Shown piece by piece: positions 9,071-18,515 of a stretch of 64,000 bases of DNA. The stretch spans positions 139,296-203,295 of the forward strand of contig JAFIGD010000001.1 of the NCBI GenBank assembly GCA_020831625.1, written 5' to 3'. A model generated the notes under the pieces. The model worked only from the letters and a program-made list of their open reading frames with translations, did no database searches and was not told where the DNA came from. The stretch is from Verrucomicrobiota bacterium (GTDB lineage Bacteria > Verrucomicrobiota > Kiritimatiellia > SS1-B-03-39 > UBA6053). Numbering within the stretch: position 1 is the first letter of the stretch; each line of letters begins with the position of its first letter. A program made the translations under genes and the position numbers.

Positions 9071-10657
9071 CTAACGCCCAACGGTGATTCGGTTCCCCGG
9101 GTCTCCGTAGGCGGCGTCGGGACAGGTGGCGGTTTGTTCCCGGACAATGTTGCGGCCCTCCGGGTCCGTCTCAGGAGTATACCAAACCCGTTTTTCAAAT
9201 TTACCGTTGCGGTAAAAAGTGGTGACGGCCGGACGGCTTGGGCTGGACGGGCGTTGGGCATCCGGATCGGGATGTTCGAACCCGTGAATCCGCACTTCGC
9301 CGAGGTGTGTGGCCTCTGCGGGGACTTCGGGGGGCGCGGGAGGGTCATAGTCGGTCACATGCCGGGTCATCCGCCGCTTTCCGGGAGGGGCTCCGTCTGA
9401 AAACGAGTCGAGCAGACCGCCGAGCAGGTCGTCGGTCTCTTCGATGGCGGCGGACGGATCGGGCACATATTCGATCACGGTGCGGTGGGTGGCGACAGGG
9501 CGGATCTCCAGCGTTCTGAAGCCCCGCTCATTGTAATCGTAGGCCACCCAGTTCCCGTCGCTTTCCAGACGATGCTTGATTTTCCCGCGGTGGGAGGCGG
9601 GCTCGGCATAGTGGATGTCGGCGGTTTCCCGGTCGCCGATTTTCCGGTGACGCTCCATTACATGCCAATTGCCCGCAATCCGTTCACTGCGCTCCGTTGT
9701 AACGCGTATCGTGCCGCCGCACAGGACGGTTCCCCGCTGACGAAAAAAATATTTCCCGTCATCGGAATACCACCGGCGGCGCCAGGGATGCGTCACCTCC
9801 CAGTTCTCGTCGCAGCGGTCGAGGTCGTAATCGCCCAGAGGATTGACGGTCCACTGATAATACGTGGGCTCTCCCCGGCTGCGCCGCGTGTATATCCGCA
9901 GATCACTCTTTTCATAGGGACCGGGATTTTCCACCCATGCCTGAAGAAAGGGATCCAACCCTTCTGGTGCGATATATCGGCCTTCATGGAGCACCGGAGG
10001 ATTTTTCTCAATCTCATCGTAAATAATCACCGTATAGGAACCGCTGTCGGTGTCTTCGACGACAGCGAAGTGCGTGGGGGTGAGCACCTGTTCGATCACG
10101 CCGTCCCCGTCGGTAAAAATCTGAATCCCCAGATCCGCGAGCGTGACGGGATCACCTTCGGGCGATTGCCGCATCACCACCGCGCCGAAGGGACGGTTTT
10201 TTCCGCCCCGGGCAATCATCAGAATTTTTTCACCGTCATGAAGGGTCAGTTCAAAGTAGGCGGGATTCACGGCGGTGGGCTGCCGCGCATCATCCAGCAT
10301 CCGCACGGTGACATCGCGGCCGCCGCGTGCGGGCCGGCCCACGTAGGTATCTGAACCCTCCAAAAATTCCGGACGGAGATACACATTGTCCCGATAGGTG
10401 ATTTTAATTTCCGCCGGCGTGACCCCGTCCGGCTGGAATTCGGTGACCCGCCGCACCGTGTACCCGTAAACAAAACGCAAAAAGTGACGGTGGTGAAACT
10501 CATCGGTGTGCTCATGTGTATGAATCGACAGCATTGGGCGCTCCTCCCCCTGCGGCACGGATCGTGGCCCCAAAAACCAGTGTTGATGCATTGCGTTCGC
10601 GGGAATGACCGGCAAAAACGCGGCCAATATCCATTGACATAAGATTCTTTTGTTCAT
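9071..10657 (-). CDS. Secreted protein of unknown function; last gene of the MoxR/vWA operon
   Basis: The ORF track gives 9071..11230, but the first ATG with a signal peptide (MNKRILCQWILAAFLPVIPANA) is at 10657. The gene lies 38 nt downstream of the Trx/HEAT gene. No family was recognised. Confidence 0.55.
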   Translation of the reverse strand: MNKRILCQWILAAFLPVIPANAMHQHWFLGPRSVPQGEERPMLSIHTHEHTDEFHHRHFLRFVYGYTVRRVTEFQPDGVTPAEIKITYRDNVYLRPEFLEGSDTYVGRPARGGRDVTVRMLDDARQPTAVNPAYFELTLHDGEKILMIARGGKNRPFGAVVMRQSPEGDPVTLADLGIQIFTDGDGVIEQVLTPTHFAVVEDTDSGSYTVIIYDEIEKNPPVLHEGRYIAPEGLDPFLQAWVENPGPYEKSDLRIYTRRSRGEPTYYQWTVNPLGDYDLDRCDENWEVTHPWRRRWYSDDGKYFFRQRGTVLCGGTIRVTTERSERIAGNWHVMERHRKIGDRETADIHYAEPASHRGKIKHRLESDGNWVAYDYNERGFRTLEIRPVATHRTVIEYVPDPSAAIEETDDLLGGLLDSFSDGAPPGKRRMTRHVTDYDPPAPPEVPAEATHLGEVRIHGFEHPDPDAQRPSSPSRPAVTTFYRNGKFEKRVWYTPETDPEGRNIVREQTATCPDAAYGDPGNRITVGR

Positions 10658-10695
10658 GAAACAGCCTTTCAATTTCAGGAGAGGACAGACAGGAT

Positions 10696-13600
10696 TCAGG
10701 CGGGCTTTTTCCACCGCGCATAGGTGATCAACAGCGAAAAACAGAACGCCGCGCCCCAGAGCGCGGGCGGAAGCTGCGCGGCCGCGCCGGGCCACACGGA
10801 AAGAGGCGCGCTGAGTCCGATGAGGAAAAGGATGCCCGCGACCACCAGTGTCGGAATCCACGGCGGGGTTTGTTTGGTGAGCAGGGGCCCGGAAAGACTG
10901 TTTCGGTTTGACCGCCGCAGTTGAACCGCCAGATTTCCGCCCTGGCTGAGCACCAGCATCACCACAACCGCGAGCATAACGTTCGCGGGCAGCGAAACAG
11001 GAAGCAGCGCGCCGATGAACAGCGCCGCAAGGGCGGCAGGCAGTGCCTTCGCGGGGGGGATCGGCGAAAAAAGCGCAAGTACCGGCAGACTCAGCAACAG
11101 AAGCAATCCGAGCTGCGGCGTGGGACGGATCCGGACACGCGGCGTGGCGGAGGCCGGAGCCGCCTCCGGCCGCGCCTCCCGACGGGTTACTTCGGGAAGC
11201 TCTCCGGGCTCTTCTTCGGGCTCCGCCCAATCCGCGGCGTCCGTCTCCGGAGCGGCGGGCCGGGGAACGGGAATCCAGCCGGTGCCCGGCGAATCCAGCG
11301 ACCGGGCGATGATGTCGCCAATGCGGTCGAACTCCAGGGCCTCGGCTCCGCAGTCCGCTCCGCCCGCGCCGGCAACCATCGGGGTGAGGCCGACCTGGCT
11401 CAACGGCAGGCCGTAGGCGAGATAAATTTCATAATACAAATCCAGAGCACCCGGTTCCGTGATGTCGATTTCGCGGACGGTCAAATCCGGAAACGTGGAC
11501 TCATACGTGTTCAACATTTCCCGGACCACAATACAGTCCGGGCAGCCTTCACTGTAAAAGTACAGCAGTGTGAGCGTGGTTGCCCCCTCCTCAGGCCGCA
11601 TCCCGTCCGGGTTCTCGTCAGCAGAGTCAGGATCCGTATCCGCGCGAAGAAAGGCCGTCCGGATTTCGTCCCCGGGTTCGCTGTCCGCGGTTTCGGGAGT
11701 TGCCCGGGAGTGACGGCTGTACCAGGGTGCGGTGCGTTCCCGAACCCGCCAGACATCCCGACTCGCAAGCCAGTCGACAAACGGCCGGTATTCGGGTCCG
11801 AGCCGGAGAAGCTGGGACTGAACCGGATCCCAGATGGCTTCCGCGATCGCGGAGGCGTCCGGCAACTGCGGCAGCGCCTCCAGCCAGTCGGCCGCCTCCG
11901 GCGCGCGGGCTTGACTGATGAGCGCCGCGCCGGCCAGAACACGAACCTCGGGCATGGCGTCGGTAAGCAGGTGATTCAACCGTTGTTCCGCATCCGGCGA
12001 AACGCGGGCGGGCGCGGCGCGGCGGCTGAGCGAGACCGCCATCTCCGGCAGGATCTGCCAGGACATCCGCTTGGATTCCGTCCGCAGGAACCACCAGGGC
12101 AGCACCCGCCGCACCGGGGTCGCCGGATCGCGGGTCAGCCGGTCGAGTTCATCCGCTGTCAGCGGCGCGGATTGGTTCAGTCGCGCCACCCAGGCCTGGG
12201 CGCGGAGATGCGGATCCACCAGGTTCCGTGTGTGCGGCTGTACGCCGACCGTAAACGCCTCGTTGCGGTGATACGCCGCCAGGGCAAGCGCCAGCGAAAG
12301 CCGGGCGAAGGCGGGCGGCGTGTCCGGGGTGTCGATGCTCAACCCTTTTTCGATATACGGACGCACCTCCCGCAGCGCGCTTTCGCGGAGTTGCTCCTGA
12401 AGTTGATGACGGTTCCACGGAACGCTCTCAGGAGAAATCGCGGGAGGATCCTCAAAAAACAACGGCAGAAAGGTTCCGGCGAAATCACGCCCGGCCAGCT
12501 CAAGGGTTGCGGCGGTGCGGACGGAGCTTCGCGGATCGTCAAGCAGATCGCGGGCGGCCCGCAGCATCATGTCATCATTGCCGGGCCGGTTCAGCAGCCG
12601 GGTCAGATCCTCTTCGGGAAGCGTTGCGGCATGTTCGATCAGATGCGGCAGCGCGGCGGCATTGCCCATTTCCACCAGCACCCGGGCACTCACCAGCCGC
12701 AGGGCCTCGTCCTCTGTGGTTTGAAAGAGGTCAAGCAGCGTTTCCTCAAGGGACGCGCCGCCGTCAACGGTGGCGGGAGCGGCGGGCTCCTCGAACGCCG
12801 CGAGCAGATCGTCGAGACCGGCGGCATCGGGTTCGGGAGCGGGGGCGGGGGCGGAGGGCTCGGCAAACGCCCCAAGGAGGTCATCCAGGAGCGGATCGCC
12901 CGCGCCGTCGGCGGTGGCCTGTGCGCCGGTCAGGCCGCGCAGGAGGGATGAGATCGGATCAGGCCCGGAGGTGGAGCGGGGAAGACGGATCGCGTCCGCA
13001 ACCGCCAGACGGAACGCATCGGGACCCTGCCGGAGCGCGCGGACAAGCTGCGCCTCGGCTTCCCGGCGTTCGCGCCCGGAGGCGGACAGTCCGTGGCGGG
13101 CCAGCAGCCGGAGCGCCGCCGCGCTGACATCCGCGTCCGAATGCTCCGCAAGTTTCAGGCCGGCGCGGACGCGGGAGGAGGCGCATCCGTCCAGGATGCC
13201 GAGCACCGTCACCAACTCCTCGTGCTCCCGGTCGGCCAGGGTTTCAAAAAACGCTTCCGGAAGCGTCACCCGCGATCCGCAGGCGATCCGGAGCAGGGAA
13301 AGGCGGTCCTCTGGAAATTCCGCCCACCAGGTCTCGATCATGCGCCCGCGCTGTTCAGTGTTTTCAGCCAGACCGAGCGCGGTTTCCAGGATCATGTTGC
13401 GGGCGAAGGGGTCGGGATCCCGGGCGTGTTTCATTAGGTCCGGCAGACGGTCCCGGGAGCGGGTCCCCCCCAGAGTCCGGGCCGCCTCGGCGCGCACCCG
13501 CCACCGTTCGTCCTCCAGGAGTTCAGTGACCCGCGGAATCAGCGAGGGATAACGGCCTTCGCGGACGGCATTGAGCGCGGCGAGGATGCGCTCCTCGTTC

Positions 13601-15045
13601 CCGGAGTCGAGCTGGGTGCGCAGCCAGTCCGAGACGGCCGCCGCTTCCTCAGGGGTCTGCGTGGAGGAGGCTATGCCAAACACATCCGGAGACTCCCCGT
13701 CCGGAGCGGTCGCGCTTTTCAGATTTCGCATGGCGGTGACCGCCACATCGATGCTCTCTTCGGTTTCAAGATGGGTCAGCACCTGCGGAAGCGCCTCCGG
13801 TCCCCCGCGCAGCAGCAAGCCTTCCACCACCGCCTCACGAATGAGAATATCCGAATCGTTCAGAAAGGCGGACAGCACCGGAACCGCCTCGCGGCCGCGC
13901 TCGCGGACCGCGCGCAACAGGTGCAGACGGGTGTCCAGCGGGGCGCGGCGGAGCCGATGGGCGGCGGCACCGGGATCCGGCCAGCCGATCCGCTGGAGGT
14001 CGAGGGTCAGGATCACGTCCTTCAGCCGGCTCCGCAGGGGTTCGGTCACCGCCTCCTGCTCCAGCAGCTCCTGAAGATAGGGCTGAACCGCGGGTCCGGC
14101 AAGCGCCAGGGTGCGCATGGCGCGTTGTTCGCGTTCGGGAACATCGGAACCGAGTTCGCGGACGGCATCCTCGACCTGTTCACGGGTGAGACGGGCAAAC
14201 CGGGGACGGGCCTGTTCGACGTCCGGGGCGTCCTCCACCCAGGCGCGCCAGGCGGTCCGCGCCTCGCGGGCCGCTTCGGACGCGGGCGGGGACCATGGGT
14301 CGAAGCCCCGGGAGGTTCCGGCCAGTTCCTCAAGCAGTTCCAGTGCCCCCAAACGCACGACCAACCGGGGATGCTCCAGCAGATCCACCCACATCGCCAC
14401 GGGCGGCGGAGACATCGTCCGCAGGGCCTCGCGCACGTTTCCGCCCGGATCCGCCGCCGGCAGCAGCGTCAGGGCTTCAATCAAAAGATCAGGGGTGGGC
14501 GGCGCCTCCGCGAGGCGTCGGAGCAGACCCGCATGTCGTGTCGCGCCGGGAATCTGTCCGGGGGAAAGGATCTGATCCAGCACCGCGCTGAAATCCTCCG
14601 AGGGCAGGAAGCCCGCAATCCGGAAAAGTTCCCGTCCGTCGGAATCCATCCAAACGACCGTGGGCACATTGCGGACTCCGCGCCGCATGGCCTGTGAGGG
14701 GTTGCGGTCCACATCGATTTCCACCAGAGTGAACCGGCGGAGGGCCGGACGGAGATCCGGATCGGCCAGCACCTCCTGTTTCAGACGGCGGCACCAGGAG
14801 CAGCCGGGACTGCTGAACAGCACCATCATCATTTGCCCCTGCGACTTGGCGCTCATCTGGGCGACATCCATATTCTCCAGCCAGCGCAAATGATCCGGCC
14901 CCGGATCCGGCAACGACAGCCGGTCAAGTTCCCTTAACATGCCGGGCCCCGGCGACGCCGCGTCTCCGCCCGGATCAAAGCGGGGCGGAGCCGCCCCCGA
15001 AGGGAGCAGCGCGCAGCAAAGAAGGAGAATATAGATGCGGGTCAT
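10696..15045 (-). CDS. Giant membrane-anchored protein with two thioredoxin-like CxxC modules and HEAT/PBS-lyase-like repeats
   Basis: Start chosen at the ATG at 15045 (signal peptide MTRIYILLLCCALLPSGAAPP), 1 nt after the upstream stop. Motifs include MMMVLFSSPGCSWCRRL (Trx-like), later LLYFYSEGCPDCIVV (second Trx-like) and many HEAT-like repeats (RVRAEAARTLG, PEVRVLAGAAL...). The C-terminus has TM helices. Confidence 0.65.
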   Translation of the reverse strand: MTRIYILLLCCALLPSGAAPPRFDPGGDAASPGPGMLRELDRLSLPDPGPDHLRWLENMDVAQMSAKSQGQMMMVLFSSPGCSWCRRLKQEVLADPDLRPALRRFTLVEIDVDRNPSQAMRRGVRNVPTVVWMDSDGRELFRIAGFLPSEDFSAVLDQILSPGQIPGATRHAGLLRRLAEAPPTPDLLIEALTLLPAADPGGNVREALRTMSPPPVAMWVDLLEHPRLVVRLGALELLEELAGTSRGFDPWSPPASEAAREARTAWRAWVEDAPDVEQARPRFARLTREQVEDAVRELGSDVPEREQRAMRTLALAGPAVQPYLQELLEQEAVTEPLRSRLKDVILTLDLQRIGWPDPGAAAHRLRRAPLDTRLHLLRAVRERGREAVPVLSAFLNDSDILIREAVVEGLLLRGGPEALPQVLTHLETEESIDVAVTAMRNLKSATAPDGESPDVFGIASSTQTPEEAAAVSDWLRTQLDSGNEERILAALNAVREGRYPSLIPRVTELLEDERWRVRAEAARTLGGTRSRDRLPDLMKHARDPDPFARNMILETALGLAENTEQRGRMIETWWAEFPEDRLSLLRIACGSRVTLPEAFFETLADREHEELVTVLGILDGCASSRVRAGLKLAEHSDADVSAAALRLLARHGLSASGRERREAEAQLVRALRQGPDAFRLAVADAIRLPRSTSGPDPISSLLRGLTGAQATADGAGDPLLDDLLGAFAEPSAPAPAPEPDAAGLDDLLAAFEEPAAPATVDGGASLEETLLDLFQTTEDEALRLVSARVLVEMGNAAALPHLIEHAATLPEEDLTRLLNRPGNDDMMLRAARDLLDDPRSSVRTAATLELAGRDFAGTFLPLFFEDPPAISPESVPWNRHQLQEQLRESALREVRPYIEKGLSIDTPDTPPAFARLSLALALAAYHRNEAFTVGVQPHTRNLVDPHLRAQAWVARLNQSAPLTADELDRLTRDPATPVRRVLPWWFLRTESKRMSWQILPEMAVSLSRRAAPARVSPDAEQRLNHLLTDAMPEVRVLAGAALISQARAPEAADWLEALPQLPDASAIAEAIWDPVQSQLLRLGPEYRPFVDWLASRDVWRVRERTAPWYSRHSRATPETADSEPGDEIRTAFLRADTDPDSADENPDGMRPEEGATTLTLLYFYSEGCPDCIVVREMLNTYESTFPDLTVREIDITEPGALDLYYEIYLAYGLPLSQVGLTPMVAGAGGADCGAEALEFDRIGDIIARSLDSPGTGWIPVPRPAAPETDAADWAEPEEEPGELPEVTRREARPEAAPASATPRVRIRPTPQLGLLLLLSLPVLALFSPIPPAKALPAALAALFIGALLPVSLPANVMLAVVVMLVLSQGGNLAVQLRRSNRNSLSGPLLTKQTPPWIPTLVVAGILFLIGLSAPLSVWPGAAAQLPPALWGAAFCFSLLITYARWKKPA

Positions 15046-15046
15046 G

Positions 15047-15739
15047 TCAGTACAACAGGGCGTAAACGAGAATATTGACAACGATTTCAGCGGCGTTGCG
15101 GATTTCATTGCCGCCACAGCAGCAACAGCCCTCAACCTTGGCGCTGTCGTTCAAACCTTCCGGTGAAAACACGACCACCAGCTTTCCGTTCCGCTCCAGC
15201 CCGGAAATCTTCACCTCCGGTCCGGGATTGGTCAACTCCACCTGCTCGATGTCGTACACGGTGTTCCAAAGCGGGTGCTCCCGGTCGATGTGCGTGAGAC
15301 GGCTGTCATCAAACAACCGGTTGATTTCACGCCGGAACGCCTCGGTCCACTCCTGGCTGCTGCAGCCGGAGGAGGCCAGAAGAAAACCGCCGCGGTCAAG
15401 ATACCGCCGCAGATTCTCCCGCTCGGCGGGCGAAAACATGAAGTCTTTTTCCCCGGTCATCATCACAAAGGGATACTGAAACAGCTCGGGGGAATCGAGT
15501 TTCACACTGGTGAAACGGCGGGCCACCGGGATGCCGGTTTCCCGTTGCGCCACGCTTAAAAACTCGTCGCTGAAACAACGGGACGTGTGCGTGCCCGCGA
15601 AGATCAGGTTGGCGGCCTGAATCACCCCCTCTTTTTCCTCCTGCGCCCGCGCGAACGGCATCAGAAGCAGACAAAGCAGGAGGCGCAACGCCGTCGGGTG
15701 TGAACTGTGTGTGGATGTTTTCATAACCATGACTTCCAT
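15047..15739 (-). CDS. DUF4159-type protein (family associated with BatA/MoxR aerotolerance-like operons)
   Basis: The ORF-track start at 15757 is TTG. The first ATG is at 15739, with further ATGs at 15730 and 15724; the last precedes a signal peptide (MKTSTHSSHPTALRLLLCLLLMPFARAQ). The C-terminus reads VEGCCCCGGNEIRNAAEIVVNILVYAL and the middle reads ELFQYPFVMMTGEKDFMFSPAERENLRRYLDRGGFLLASSGCSS, both typical of DUF4159. Confidence 0.65.
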   Translation of the reverse strand: MEVMVMKTSTHSSHPTALRLLLCLLLMPFARAQEEKEGVIQAANLIFAGTHTSRCFSDEFLSVAQRETGIPVARRFTSVKLDSPELFQYPFVMMTGEKDFMFSPAERENLRRYLDRGGFLLASSGCSSQEWTEAFRREINRLFDDSRLTHIDREHPLWNTVYDIEQVELTNPGPEVKISGLERNGKLVVVFSPEGLNDSAKVEGCCCCGGNEIRNAAEIVVNILVYALLY

Positions 15740-15746
15740 GTACGGG

Positions 15747-18515
15747 TTAAAACTCAAAAAAGTGGCGGATGGCCTCCCGATAGCGCTGCGGGGCCTGGTG
15801 AATACGGATCTCCTCCGCGGAAAGCCCTTCGTCTCCGGCCTCAGGGCTTTCGGCGGTGCGCTCCTCCACCCGGCGGTCGCCGCCGCGTCCCCGGCCGAGG
15901 GTATAGCCCTCCACCGCCTGCCCCCGGGGCAGTTGCAGATTCAGCCGGTTGGGCCCCAAAAGGGGAATGGCCAGCGACGAGGAGCCCTGAACCGCATAGC
16001 CGTCGTCTGAAAATCCGCCCGGTCCGCCGCCGGAACCGCCGGGACTGCCGCCCGTGCCCCGCCCGATGCCGTGTCGGAGCGCGCGCAGCAACTGATTCAG
16101 CGAGGTGGCCAGTCCCCCTCCCTCACACTGTCCGGACGGCATGCCCGGCGATCCGCCCCGGCACATTTGCCCAAACGGATTGCCCTCTTCTCCGCCGCCT
16201 TCGCCCCCCTCCTCTTCCGGACGCGGCGCGCGCAGCGCGTCCAGCGCCGCTCTGGAGAACTGCCAGGCCTGACGGTGGGCCTCATTCAGGGCGGAATCCG
16301 CCGCGTCGCGCATATAGTCCCCGGCCCCGGAAGCCTCCAGCCCCCGCACCATGTTCTCCACATGCTCCCGCCATTCCTCAAAATCGTCCGGCAACGCTTC
16401 GGCCCGTTCCCGGGCGCCCGTGACCCAGTTCCGCAAATCCTCCTCCAGAGCGCGCTGATGCTCCTGCAGCCGGCGCAGACGGTCCCGCTCTCCGGGCGGA
16501 AGACTGTAGGCGTAACGGGCGAATTCGCGCTCCAGAATTTCCTGACGCTGGATCAGGCGCTGGAATTCGACCGCATGCTCCATCAGCGCCCCGAAGGCCA
16601 AAAAGGCGGCCTCATCCTGTTCCTGACCGCTCATCGCCCCGCGCAGATCCAGAAAGGCCGCCCCCATCTCCTGAACCTGAAGATCCAAATGCGGATCCCG
16701 GTGGGAAAGCGACTCCAGCGTCTCCGCCTGCTGCGCGAAATGACCGCGCAGCGCCCGGATCGACTCCACACCGCCCTGCTCAACATCAAAAATCGGAAAA
16801 TCCTCCTCCAGGGCCGCAAAAGCCTCCTCTGCCCGCCGCAAAACCGCCGCCGCCTCCGCAAGCGCGGCGTCCACCGCCTCCCGGTCCGGGTCGCCCTCTA
16901 AAATCTCATGCAGCGTGCGGTAAGCCTCCGCCACCTCGTTCAACACATTCGACCGCAGGGCGAACCGATGCCGGAAGCCTTCGAGCAACTCCCGGTTCCG
17001 CAACTGCTCGGCGTATTCCTCCGTGGTGATCACCTGAACCCGCACCATGTCTGACACCCCGGTTTCCGGCCGCTCCGGCCGGTGGTCGCGGGCCTCCAAA
17101 TAGAGTTCCAGCACCTGGCCGGGCTCGACCCCCAGAGCCTGCAAATCCATCTCCGTCTCAAAGCCCTGCCGGCGCTGAGGTTCGCCCTCCCACAGCACGT
17201 CGGGGCGGTCAATAAACCCGCTCATGCCCCGCACGAGGGTGAGGCGGGTGACGCCGATGTCATCGCTTCCGTACCCCTCGACCCGCAGCCGGGTGTCGGG
17301 CGTGGCCAATGTGAAACGGGACGGCTCGGTAATCACCGCCAACGGACGCTGATCCGGAAGCGCGCGCTGGGATCCCTCCAGCGGCGAGACAGTTCCCTGT
17401 CCCTGCAGGTCGCGGACCCGCACCTCGATTTCCGCGCTCCGCTCCAGCATCCAGCGGAATTCCGCCCGGCCGTCCGGCAGGAGCACCGCCCGAACCTGCG
17501 TGGAGCCCCCGGCATGGCGCAGCGTGAGCTCCCCGCCGGAAAGCGGCCGGTTGCTCTCCAGGGTCAGCCGCACCTGGGATCCGGCGAAGGCCTCGATGCC
17601 GCGCGCGCCGAAGGCAAAGGTCTGCGGGGAACGTCCGGTGTATTCGGGAGGCAGAACCTGAACCCGCGCGGAGGTCACCTGAGGCAGCGTGTGCACCTCC
17701 ACCGTCCGCCAGGGACTGCGGACCCGCCCGATCATAAAGCAATACGCCACCGGGCGGGTGACGGACTCCAGCCGCTGCGAAAACTGATTGTCCTGTTCGC
17801 GGAAACAGCCGGCGTCACGCTCCACCCCGTCGATGCGCGTGCGCAGCATGACCGGGTGCGCCGGGGTGCCGCCGGTGATGCGGACCCCCACCTGCACATC
17901 CCCGCCGTAGACCACCTCCGGGGCGTCGGGCAGGAACTCAAACCGCAAGGGGGTCCACGGCGGCAGATCCGCGCCGGGGTTGGCGAGACGGGCGCCGACC
18001 ACCTGAACAATCTCCGCATGTACGCGGGCCAGATACGCGGCGCCGGCGCCCAGCAGCAGACAGGTCCCCGCGAAAAACAGAAGCTGTGAAAAGGGAACCG
18101 CCGCGCGGAACGGCGTGGCGCGCAGGGCGTCCAACCCGTCCTGCACCGCCCGCGCGCGCATGGCGAGATGAAGAGAGCCCTTGTCGGCGGCAGGCCCCGA
18201 AAGATCCAGCGCGCAGGAAATCGTGCGGCGGCGGTCCTTGCGGAAGCGGTCCAGCCGCAGCGCCAGATCCGCCAGGCTGCCGGGCGCGCGGAGTCCGATG
18301 AGCCCCACGCCCAGACAAAGTCCGGGCAACAGCAGATTCCAGGTGCGGCGGGTGGCTTCCGGCAGAGAGAACACCGCGTCCGCATACATGTAGAGCCCCA
18401 GGAGCGGAAGGCCCAGCGCCGCGATCCGCAACCCGAGCAGCAACAGAGTGCTCCCGGATTGAAGCAGCCACCAGAGGCGGAGTTTCAGCAACAATGTGGA
18501 CGGAGAGGAACGCAT
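15747..18515 (-). CDS. Large membrane protein with N-terminal TM helices, coiled-coil and Gly-rich segments; unknown function; operon member
   Basis: 922 aa. It begins with 2-3 hydrophobic helices. There is a long acidic coiled-coil region and a GGEGGGEEG...GGSPGGSGGGPGG low-complexity region. Its ATG overlaps the upstream stop (tgATG at 18513-18517). Confidence 0.5.
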   Translation of the reverse strand: MRSSPSTLLLKLRLWWLLQSGSTLLLLGLRIAALGLPLLGLYMYADAVFSLPEATRRTWNLLLPGLCLGVGLIGLRAPGSLADLALRLDRFRKDRRRTISCALDLSGPAADKGSLHLAMRARAVQDGLDALRATPFRAAVPFSQLLFFAGTCLLLGAGAAYLARVHAEIVQVVGARLANPGADLPPWTPLRFEFLPDAPEVVYGGDVQVGVRITGGTPAHPVMLRTRIDGVERDAGCFREQDNQFSQRLESVTRPVAYCFMIGRVRSPWRTVEVHTLPQVTSARVQVLPPEYTGRSPQTFAFGARGIEAFAGSQVRLTLESNRPLSGGELTLRHAGGSTQVRAVLLPDGRAEFRWMLERSAEIEVRVRDLQGQGTVSPLEGSQRALPDQRPLAVITEPSRFTLATPDTRLRVEGYGSDDIGVTRLTLVRGMSGFIDRPDVLWEGEPQRRQGFETEMDLQALGVEPGQVLELYLEARDHRPERPETGVSDMVRVQVITTEEYAEQLRNRELLEGFRHRFALRSNVLNEVAEAYRTLHEILEGDPDREAVDAALAEAAAVLRRAEEAFAALEEDFPIFDVEQGGVESIRALRGHFAQQAETLESLSHRDPHLDLQVQEMGAAFLDLRGAMSGQEQDEAAFLAFGALMEHAVEFQRLIQRQEILEREFARYAYSLPPGERDRLRRLQEHQRALEEDLRNWVTGARERAEALPDDFEEWREHVENMVRGLEASGAGDYMRDAADSALNEAHRQAWQFSRAALDALRAPRPEEEGGEGGGEEGNPFGQMCRGGSPGMPSGQCEGGGLATSLNQLLRALRHGIGRGTGGSPGGSGGGPGGFSDDGYAVQGSSSLAIPLLGPNRLNLQLPRGQAVEGYTLGRGRGGDRRVEERTAESPEAGDEGLSAEEIRIHQAPQRYREAIRHFFEF

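Noticed and set aside
10921-12951. 676-aa plus-strand ORF and many other plus-strand ORFs between 9000 and 27500
   Set aside because: They are shadows of the long minus-strand operon. The minus frames carry recognisable MoxR, DUF58, vWA and Trx motifs.
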